Shown: piece after piece, positions 9,183 to 18,400 of the stretch
How the letters are laid out: each line of letters begins with the position of its first letter
Position numbering within the stretch: the stretch's first letter is position 1
Source: Calditrichia bacterium
GTDB lineage: Bacteria > Calditrichota > Calditrichia > RBG-13-44-9 > J075
Direction: 5' to 3'
DNA length: 24,477 bases
Assembly (NCBI GenBank): GCA_050633245.1
Contig: JBOEGD010000019.1
Span: 1 to 24,477, forward strand
The notes under the pieces: model-generated
What the model saw: only the letters and a program-made list of their open reading frames with translations
What the model was told of the DNA's origin: nothing
Databases searched by the model: none
Made by a program: the position numbers and the translations under genes

Positions 9183-9195
9183 ACGGAGTATCATC

Positions 9196-9447
9196 TTGAC
9201 CATACAGAACAAGCTACAAGAATTTATTAATAAAGAGCTGCTATCCGGCAGCTTCGAAGTAGAAACAGATGAGAGTCTTCTTGCCGATGGCATGGTAGAT
9301 TCATTGGGAATGCTGCGCTTGGTAACCTTTATTGAGGAAACCTATGAAACACGCATTCCACCGGAAGATTTGATTATTGAAAATTTTCATACCATAGATG
9401 TGATTGCCGGTTATCTGACTCTGAAGGGGATACCTGCCGGTGAATAA
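9196..9447 (+). CDS. Discrete type II peptidyl carrier protein (PltL/AnaD-like)
   Basis: 83 aa acidic protein with LLADGMVDSLGML (phosphopantetheine Ser) and ENFHTI. TTG at 9196 follows GGAG. The track start at 9058 overlaps the upstream gene. Confidence 0.9.
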   Translation: MTIQNKLQEFINKELLSGSFEVETDESLLADGMVDSLGMLRLVTFIEETYETRIPPEDLIIENFHTIDVIAGYLTLKGIPAGE

Positions 9448-9480
9448 TACACTCGGACATCTTGTTGGGAGTATCCTCGC

Positions 9481-9900
9481 GTGATGCTGCTTTCTAAACA
9501 GCTCCGATTGGAGTATGCGGTGTGGTTGCTTTGTGCCTATTCTCTTGCATTTATGCAGCCGACTATCTTGCATGCCGTTCACTCGGCAACGCACTTGTAT
9601 AGTATTGCCGAAACCAAGGCAAGTCACTCTTCCGGCGATCATGTGCATGCCTACAATACGCACGAACATGGTGATGTCTTAGAGATCTTGTTGCAAATGT
9701 TGTTTAGTGAAGAATCACAATCAACAGGATCTGCTACGCTTGTTAAAACGACGATACTCTCAGGTCATTTTGCAAATTCAAGTAGCGATATTTCTCCCTG
9801 TGAAAAAGATTTTAATTATCGAAAGCCTGTTTCACAATTCGAACCTCGCTCGCTTGTGAAGCGTCCCTCTATTCCGCCTCCACAATTGTTTGCCGCTTGA
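9481..9900 (+). CDS. Small His-rich membrane-anchored or exported hypothetical protein (possible DUF2946/CruR-like regulatory leader ORF)
   Basis: N-terminal hydrophobic segment, His cluster HAVHSATH...HSSGDHVHAYNTHEHG and C-terminal KRPSIPPPQLFAA. GGGAG RBS. Ends 48 nt before the TonB receptor gene. Confidence 0.65.
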   Translation: MMLLSKQLRLEYAVWLLCAYSLAFMQPTILHAVHSATHLYSIAETKASHSSGDHVHAYNTHEHGDVLEILLQMLFSEESQSTGSATLVKTTILSGHFANSSSDISPCEKDFNYRKPVSQFEPRSLVKRPSIPPPQLFAA

Positions 9901-9948
9901 ATACAGAACGTTTAAGTGACATAACAATTTATTGAAAAGGAATAAACA

Positions 9949-12324
9949 ATGAAGACCTTAGTGAACGGTTTATGGCTGCTTCTATTAAGCGCCATGGTGT
10001 CTTTTGTATTTGCCCAAACGGGAACAATTAAGGGAGAAATTATCGATATTGATAATAGCGAAGAACTTCCCGGTGTAAACGTCTTGCTTGAAAATACGGT
10101 TCTTGGTGCCAGCAGCGCCCTCGATGGCAGCTTTGAAATTTTTCAAGTTCCGGTCGGAAATTACCAGCTGGAAGCAAGGCTGTTGGGCTACACCACAATT
10201 CGAAAAACAATTGCTGTTGCGGCAGGTGAAACTGTAACTCTTGACATCGAAATGAAAAGCAGCCCCATCGATATGAACGAAATCCTTGTCGAAACAGAAC
10301 GCGTCTATTCAGCGGCTTCATCTAAGGCCGTTCGAGCGTTTGATATTAAGATTCGACCAACGCGATCTGCTCAAGAACTTCTACAAATGGCACCGGGAGT
10401 TTTTATTGCCCAGCATGCCGGAGGCGGTAAGGCCGAGCAAATATTTATCCGCGGCTTCGATGCTGATCATGGAACAGATGTAAATATCTCTCTCGATGGA
10501 GCGCCATCAAATATGATTTCGCATGGACACGGACAGGGCTATGCCGATCTTCACTATATTATAGCTGATGTCGTGGAAACTATCGATGTAAAAAAGGGAC
10601 CTTATTTTGCTGAATATGGCAACCTTGCAACCGCAGGTGCCATGCAGTTTCATACCAAGGAACACATCGACAATAATCTGGTGCGCTTTGAAGGTGGCGA
10701 ATTTAATACGCGTCGCTTAACAACGATGTATCAAATTCCGTCGAGTGGCGAACACCAGAATGCCTATCTTGCCGGACAGTTTTATGCTACTGATGGTGCC
10801 GTAGAATCACCACAGGATTTTGATCGCTTCAATGTCTTTGGTAAGCTGCACACACATCTTTCCAATAATAGCAAGCTGACGCTGTCTGCAAGCGCATTTA
10901 GCTCTGCCTGGGACGCCTCGGGACAAATTCCGCAGCGTGCAGTGAACAGCGGTCAGATTGGTCGGTTCGGCACAATAGATGATCTTGAAGGTGGAACAAC
11001 CAGTCGCCAGGATTTGAATCTTCAGTATTTGATCAACGGCAAAAACAATAGCGAGTTGCTGATTCAAACGTATACTACAAATTATGACTTCAAGCTGTTC
11101 TCGAACTTTACCTTCTTTCTGGATAATCCGGAAAATGGTGATATGATCGAGCAAACAGATGACAGAAGCGTATTTGGTCTGAACAGTCACTATAAGTTTA
11201 GCCATAGTGCTGGTGCTTTCCTGGCAGTTGCAAAAATGGGCGGCGGTTTTCGGGCAGATGATATTGCTGTTTCGCTTTGGCAGTCGCCGAATCGCACGCG
11301 CAGTAATGCACTGGTAGATGCCGATATCCTTGAGCGTAATTTTTTCCTTTGGGTTGAGGAAGAGTTTTTGTTCTCTCCACGCTTTCGCATGCAGTTGGGT
11401 TTACGCGGAGACTATTTTACCTATAATGTTGAAGATGCCCTTGATGGCGTTGATAATGGCCTGCCGCATGCTTCCGGCTTTGCCAAGCAGAGCATTGTAT
11501 CACCAAAGTTGAATATGGTCTTCAGTCCTGTAAATAATTTCGACTTGTTTGCAAATGCCGGAACCGGTTTTCACTCGAATGATGCCCGCAATGTGGTTCT
11601 AAGCGAACGAATCAGTCAGATGACAACCAGCTTTCAGCGAGCAGGGCTGAGTAATAGCGAGATTGCTGATACGCTGACAGCGATGAATTTCGATCCGGAC
11701 CAGCTAAATGTAGAAACCTTACCGCGCGCTGTTGGAGCCGAAATTGGCTTCCGAACATTGCTTGGCGGACGAATTAATTTCTCCGCTGCGGCGTGGTGGC
11801 TAGACCTGGAACGCGAATACGTTTATATCGGTGACGCCGGCAGCACTGAACTAAGTGACCCGACCGTTCGTTACGGCGTGGATATGGAAGCACGTGCGAA
11901 CCTTTCTACCTGGATGTGGGCTGATGCCGATGTGAATATATCGGAAGGAAAGGTAAAGAATGCTCCGGATGGTGAAGATTTTATTGCCTTGGCACCGAGA
12001 ATTACCTCAACGGGCGGTTTAACGGCTGTTCATCCCTCCGGATGGGAAGGCAGCTTGCGCTATCGTTATCTTGACGATCGACCTGCGAATGAAGACAATA
12101 GCGTTGTTGCAGAAGGATATACGGTAATAGATTTGTCCGCCGGATATCGTATTGGGCCCTTCAAGCTGCACGGTTGGGTTGAAAATCTACTCGATGTAGA
12201 TTGGAATGAAGCACAGTTTGATACAGAATCCCGCCTGCGTGGCGAAACACAAGCTGTTTCCGAGATTCACTTTACTCCCGGAAACCCGCGAAATGTTCGT
12301 CTTGGCGTAAGCTACCTGTTTTAA
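9949..12324 (+). CDS. TonB-dependent outer-membrane receptor with an N-terminal carboxypeptidase-regulatory-like domain
   Basis: Signal peptide (VFA|Q), GTIKGEIID...LPGVNV domain, plug motifs AQHAGGGKAEQIFIRGFDADHGTD, NMISHGHGQGYADL and VKKGPY, and barrel end PGNPRNVRLGVSYLF with terminal Phe. AAGGA RBS. Confidence 0.95.
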   Translation: MKTLVNGLWLLLLSAMVSFVFAQTGTIKGEIIDIDNSEELPGVNVLLENTVLGASSALDGSFEIFQVPVGNYQLEARLLGYTTIRKTIAVAAGETVTLDIEMKSSPIDMNEILVETERVYSAASSKAVRAFDIKIRPTRSAQELLQMAPGVFIAQHAGGGKAEQIFIRGFDADHGTDVNISLDGAPSNMISHGHGQGYADLHYIIADVVETIDVKKGPYFAEYGNLATAGAMQFHTKEHIDNNLVRFEGGEFNTRRLTTMYQIPSSGEHQNAYLAGQFYATDGAVESPQDFDRFNVFGKLHTHLSNNSKLTLSASAFSSAWDASGQIPQRAVNSGQIGRFGTIDDLEGGTTSRQDLNLQYLINGKNNSELLIQTYTTNYDFKLFSNFTFFLDNPENGDMIEQTDDRSVFGLNSHYKFSHSAGAFLAVAKMGGGFRADDIAVSLWQSPNRTRSNALVDADILERNFFLWVEEEFLFSPRFRMQLGLRGDYFTYNVEDALDGVDNGLPHASGFAKQSIVSPKLNMVFSPVNNFDLFANAGTGFHSNDARNVVLSERISQMTTSFQRAGLSNSEIADTLTAMNFDPDQLNVETLPRAVGAEIGFRTLLGGRINFSAAAWWLDLEREYVYIGDAGSTELSDPTVRYGVDMEARANLSTWMWADADVNISEGKVKNAPDGEDFIALAPRITSTGGLTAVHPSGWEGSLRYRYLDDRPANEDNSVVAEGYTVIDLSAGYRIGPFKLHGWVENLLDVDWNEAQFDTESRLRGETQAVSEIHFTPGNPRNVRLGVSYLF

Positions 12325-12340
12325 GACAGAAATGATCTGT

Positions 12341-12381
12341 GGCTGTTTCACCCGGAGCGCTTACGCCGGTTCGGAACAGCC
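12341..12381 (+). other. GC-rich stem-loop downstream of the TonB receptor gene
   Basis: GGCTGTTTC (12341-12349) pairs with GGAACAGCC (12373-12381, one G-U pair), enclosing an inner GCG-CTTA-CGC hairpin. No U-tract; possibly an mRNA-stabilising or attenuating element. Confidence 0.5.
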
Positions 12382-12446
12382 GTAGTTAAGATATTCTGCT
12401 CGTAGCTTCTGTATCACTCTTGGAAACAGTGATAATGGAGTGATGG

Positions 12447-15400
12447 ATGCTCGACAAGATAAAAAATTACGATGAACAGATTCAGGCTGCTGGTAAGCTC
12501 AATAATGTTGCCGATGTTTCGAACCTTACTCGCAGCCAGCTTCTGATTTGGACCGGGCAAAAGCTCAGCCCGAAGCTTCCGCTATACAATATGGTAATGA
12601 CCTATCAAATCGATGGTCAACTGAACCCCGATGTTTTTCAACAAGCCTTTCAGATTCTGCTTCAAAAAAGCGATGCCATGCGCACGATCTTTAGCGAACA
12701 AGATGGTATTCCACAACAAAAGGTGCTGGACTACTGTGCATTTGACCTGGACGTAATAGATTTTACGGAGTCTGCAGATCCCGCAGCTTCTGCCGTAAGC
12801 TGGTCACAGCAGCGTGCTCGACAACCTGTTGATATTTCAAAAAGCCTTTTCGACAGCGTGCTGTTAAAACTCTCTGAAGAAAAATGGATGTGGTATTACA
12901 ACCAACATCATTTGATGAACGATGGGTGGTCAGTTACACTTGTATTTCGCCGCGTCTCGGAATATTACCAGGCCGTTCTGGCAGATCAGATCGAGGGCTT
13001 GCAAGATCTTCCGCAATATTGCAACTATCGTTCTTATGAAAAAGAGAACAGCAATTCACCCTCTTTTAAAAAGTCTATCGCTTTTTGGAAAGACAGAGCT
13101 GTTTCTAATAATGGTCCGCTGGCACTGTATGGAAAAACACCCGACGTTCGTTCTACCGCCGGTAAGCGCATTTACGCTGAGTTGAATGAAGAGCAAAGTG
13201 CCGCCTTGCGCGAAATCGCATTGGAAGCGGGCATTCGTTCCTTTACACTCGACCTTTCCCTTTATTATATATTTTCTACTTTGCTTACGGCCGTGTTGGC
13301 TCGAATCAGTGGTGAAAAGCATATCGCATTTGGCGCACCGGTTCACAATCGTTCGTCTGTTGATTTTAAAGAGACGATTGGACTTTTTATTGAAATGTTT
13401 CCAATGAAACTGGATCTGGAGAGTGGTGAAACTTTTCGCAGCCTGTTAAAAAAAGTTGCTCTGGAAACGCAGGACTTTCTGCGCCATAGTGGATCGGGTA
13501 TAACCACAGCCGAGCTGAACAACTCCTTTAACGTAACGCTTAACTTTATAAATGCTTCATTTGGCGAGTTTGCCGGATTAAAAACGCGATCGACCTGGGT
13601 GCATCCCGGAGACTTTGATAAGGGAAATAGTTTCAGTCTATTGGTGCACGACTTTGACGCAACCGGAAAATACCAGCTGCATTTCGATTTGAACACGGAT
13701 ATTTTTTCCGCACAGGATGAGCACAGGATTGTTGACGATTTTATGACCATCCTGAAGGCATTTATTAATGATCGTGAAATAGTTATAGATGACATCAAGA
13801 TGCTTTCTGATAGGCAAACGGTTGAACTCTTGAACGCATACAATGAGACAGCCAGACCTGTGGCCGATGGAACCATCGTTGATTGGTTTAATAATCATGC
13901 TGCTGCGCAGCCAAACGCCATCGCAGCATGTTGCAATGAGCAAAGCCTGAGTTACTCTCAACTTCAGAATTCAACGAAACAGCTCGCAAATTACTTTTCA
14001 GAGGCTGGTATCAAAAGCGGTGATATGGTTGCGATTTCACAGACGCGTTCTTTTGAGCTCTTGAAATCTATTTGGGCGATTACTAAGATTGGAGCTGCAT
14101 TTGTACCGCTGGATCCATCTTTGCCGAAAGTGCGAAAAGAATATATTTTGCAGGACTCAGGCAGTAATTGGCTTGTTTGCAATAAGGGGTTGGCTCCGGC
14201 AGAGAATGCAGACTTGAGAGTAATCGATCCGGAAGAATCGAGAGACGCGATTTCCTTATGTGAAACGACATTCCCGAAACGTCACATATCGGCACAAGAC
14301 CTCGCCTATATTCTATATACATCCGGCTCTACTGGTAAGCCAAAAGGCGTCCGGGTAAGCCACGGAGCTATCGCTAATTATTTGAACTGGGCAAAGCGAA
14401 CCTACATGCCAGTCAGCGGTATGAGAATGGCAGTTTTTACAACTATTTCTGCAGATCTTACCCTAACCTCGCTTTTGTTGCCATTCATTTCCGGCGGAAC
14501 TGCTGTAGTTTATCCCGAAGAGGGAAGTGGCACAGATCTTTCTATTGTACGGGTTGCGCAAGACGATGCGGTGGATATAGTTAAATTGACCCCTTCCCAT
14601 CTTGCTCTTGTTAAGGACAAACTGCTTGCTGCTACATCAATTAATACTCTGATACTTGGTGGTGAAGAGCTAAAAACAGCTAACGTGCGTGAGCTCGCTG
14701 CCAACGGAAAAATCGTTTACAATGAATATGGGCCTACCGAAGCAACTATTGGATGTATGATTTATCGCTATGATCCGGAAGAGGATGGTGACTCTTCTGT
14801 GCCGATTGGCAGTCCAATTGACAATACCCAGATCTACCTGCTGAACGAGCAGCTTCAACCCGTTCCACTTGGCACACCCGGTGAGCTCTTTATTGGCGGA
14901 GCAGGGCTTGCAGATGGCTACCATAAGCGTTTTGAACTGACACAAGAACGGTTTGTTGATAATCCATTTAACAAAGGAACACATCTGTATCGTAGCGGCG
15001 ATTTGGCGCGTTTTAATAATGGGCAGCTGCAGTACCTCGGTCGTAACGACGAGCAGCTGAAGCTCGGTGGGTTCCGTATCGAACCGGGCGAAATCGAAAC
15101 CGCATTGGGGAAAATCCCCGCGATTTCAAATGTTGTTGTCGATGTTGTTGACGTTCAGCCTGGATCTGTGGATTCGCGTCGCTCAGAAAAACGACTGATT
15201 GCATTTTTTACCGCTGATGATAAGCTGGAAGACAGTTTAATGCGCAGTGCTTTGGCAAAAGAAATTCCACATTATATGATTCCTGCGCACCTGATCCAGC
15301 TGGATGAAATGCCGCTAAATGCAACCGGTAAAATCGACAAATTGGCACTGCCGGAACTGGTTACTCTTTTACAGCCTCACAGCAGTCAGCACACGCCGGC

Positions 15401-18400
15401 GCAAAACCAACTCCAGAAGGAATTAACAGACATTTGGGAAGGTGTTTTGGGCACCTCGCCAATTGGCATTGAAGACAACTTCTTGGCACTTGGTGGTGGC
15501 TCGCTACACGCTGTATCTGTTATTGCCCAAATTATTCTGCGTTATCAAATAACATTGCCGCTGCAAACGCTTTTTGAGACATCTACGATTAAAGAATTAT
15601 CCGAACGAATTGAAACCGCACAGCAGCTGGAAACCGACGAGCTTGCAACTGGTTCTGCAACGCAAATTATAGCGCGTAGTACGGATGCGTCGATACCGCT
15701 TTCCTCCGCCCAGCGCCGAATTTGGTATCTTCAGTCTATTCAGCCGGAAAGCTACGCATATAATATGCACCAGGCTGTTCTGCTTGATGCACCGCTTGAT
15801 GTTGCCAGGTTGAATGCCGGAGTTGCGTCTCTGGTAAATCGCCATGAAATCTTGCGAACCTACTTTGTTGAACAAAAAACAGAATTGTTGCAGCGCATTG
15901 CCGATTCCGTTGATAATGTCTTTATAGAAGTCGATCTTTCTGCCGAAACGTCGGACAAAAATTCGCTGGTCAGACGGTATGCCGAAAGCCAGGCACAACG
16001 TACGTTTGCTTTGAATAAGCTGCCTCTATGGAATTTAACTTATCTCCATTTGCCGGATAACAGCTGCGCACTGGTCCTGATTATGCACCACATTATTTCA
16101 GATGAGTGGTCGGTGGATGTCTTTTGGCAACATCTTGCCGCGTTCTACCAGGACAATAATATGTCGGCCACAGCGAATCTTGTTCAATATGCAGACTACA
16201 GCATTTACGAGCAGGAATGGCTGCAAACATCCAGCTGTAGTTCTCAGCTTGACTACTGGAAAGGAATGCTCGAAACGCAGCTGGAACCATTGCAACTAAC
16301 TCATCGCACCGCCTCTTCGAATGCAAATCGCGGAGCACAAAAACAGCTGAATATCCCTAAAGATATTCTGACAAAACTAAAGCTGCTCGGAGGCGAAGAG
16401 TCTGCATCGTTGTTTATGGTTCTGTTTGCAGCCTATTCAATCTTATTACAAAAGCTAAGCGGGCAATCCGATTTTTGCATCGGCACGCCAGTAACACTGC
16501 GGGAAAGACCAGAGTTACAGAATGTCATAGGTTTTTTCCTGAATACATTGCCGCTAAGAGCCTCTGTTGAGGAAAATGACAGCTTTCGTGAACATCTGAA
16601 AAAGTCTCGTGCGATATGCTTGGAAAGTTTTGCCAACAAAGATGTGCCTTTTGACCTGCTGGTTAAAGAGCTAAGGCCAAACGTCGCAGGTGGCGAAAAC
16701 CCCTGGTTTCAAAGCATGTTGGTTGTACAAAATGACGGGACATCTCAATTGAGATTCGATGATAATTCTGCCTCGGCGATGCAAATTGACAGTGGTGTCT
16801 CGAAGTTTGACTTTACTCTGTTTATGCAGGAAGGGGAAGAGTCCGCAATCGCAATGGTTGAATACAATACGGATATGTTTGTGGCCGATTTTATAGAGCA
16901 ATTGTTGCAGAGTTGGTCTACTTTACTACAGGAAATTGTAGCGCAACCAGATGCTCAAATTCAGACTATCAATCATTACTCTAAAGTCCAAATCGACCAC
17001 CTCTTGGCTTTGGGATGTGGGCCGGGTGTGCGTATTCCCGCAGAACCTGTTCATATACTTATCGCAAAACAAGCCAAAGCAAATCCAACTTCGATTGCTG
17101 TTCGTTATGATAAACAGACTCTCAGTTATGGGGAGTTAAATGAACGTGCAACGGGGTTAGCGAATGGATTAGAAGTGAATTCCAGCGGCGTGCGAATCGG
17201 TATTTTGCTCGAGCGATCTGTCGATTATCCTGTGGCAATTTTGGCAGTATTGAAAACGGGGGCGGCTTATGTGCCGCTCGATCCGGCATATCCGGCAGAC
17301 CGTCTGGAAATGATTATCCAGGATGCCGGGATTAAAACCGTTATATCAAGCGCCGAACATGGCGATAAGGCTCGCGGAGCTTCTATAAAGATTATTGATG
17401 TGCAGGCTAAAATAACAAACTCGGCCCCTGTAGAATCAGCACAGCAAAACCTTGACAGCGACGCCTATATTATTTATACCTCCGGCTCAACCGGCAAACC
17501 CAAAGGCGTTCCGATTACGCATCGCAATCTGCTTTACAGCACGTTTGCGAGACCGCAATTTTATGAAAATAAGCCAGCAGCCTATCTGCTCCTTTCCAGC
17601 TTTGCATTCGACAGCTCTATTGCCGGAATATTCTGGACATTGACAGAGGGTGGAACACTATGTCTACCGGATAATGATCACTATATGGAACCTGATTATC
17701 TGACGACATTTATTGCCGACAACAACATAAGCCATATTCTGGCAATTCCTTCTTTTTATCAGCAGTTAATTCATTTCCAGCCAGATAGATTGCTTTCTCT
17801 GCAAACCGTAATTGTTGCCGGAGAGGCGCTTCACCACAGTTTAATTCATGAGCATCAAAAGCTGCTTCCCAAAACACGTTTGGTAAATGAATACGGGCCA
17901 ACGGAAGCTACCGTTTGGGCAACTGCGGCTGATGTTACAAATCTGCCTGAAAGTAATCGTGTACCAATTGGAAAGCCAATTGGATCGACACAGCTATATG
18001 TTTTGGATATGAATGAAAACCTCGCGGTTCCCGGAGTTCCCGGAGAGCTCTTTATCGCCGGGCCGCAGGTTGCCGCAGGTTATGTCAACAGAACCAAATT
18101 AACCAGCGAACGATTTATACATGATCCGTTTCTAAAAAATGGCGTGATGTATCGAACTGGCGATCGCGTTTGCTGGCGAGGAGATGGGCAGCTGGATTTC
18201 CTGGGTCGTGTAGATGGACAAGTGAAGATTCGTGGACATCGGATTGAACCGGAAGAAGTTGAAGCGGTTGTTGCGCAATTAAGTGAGGTCGTTGAGGTTG
18301 CTGTTGTTCCAACTCAGCGGACCAATGCCTCCGCGATTCGGACTGAAAGACTTCAGTTGATTGAACAGCAAGACTGGTTAACAGTGGCAGAACGCTTCGG

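Noticed and set aside
9058-9195. Longer 129-aa version of the carrier protein
   Set aside because: It overlaps the A enzyme gene by 125 nt; TTG 9196 has an RBS and gives a normal-sized PCP.
7596-9447. DltA/DltC D-alanylation system
   Set aside because: No DltB or DltD. The WYSV motif and the adjacent AnaB-like dehydrogenase fit cyclic imino acid loading, and the host is diderm.
13343-13876. 177-aa antisense ORF and the other short antisense or alternate-frame ORFs in the track
   Set aside because: They lie inside strongly supported + strand genes and show no motifs; they look like codon-bias shadows.
15470-15510. T1 motif GGGS as a sign of an inactive carrier domain
   Set aside because: The phosphopantetheine Ser and flanking residues are intact, and the preceding position is known to vary.
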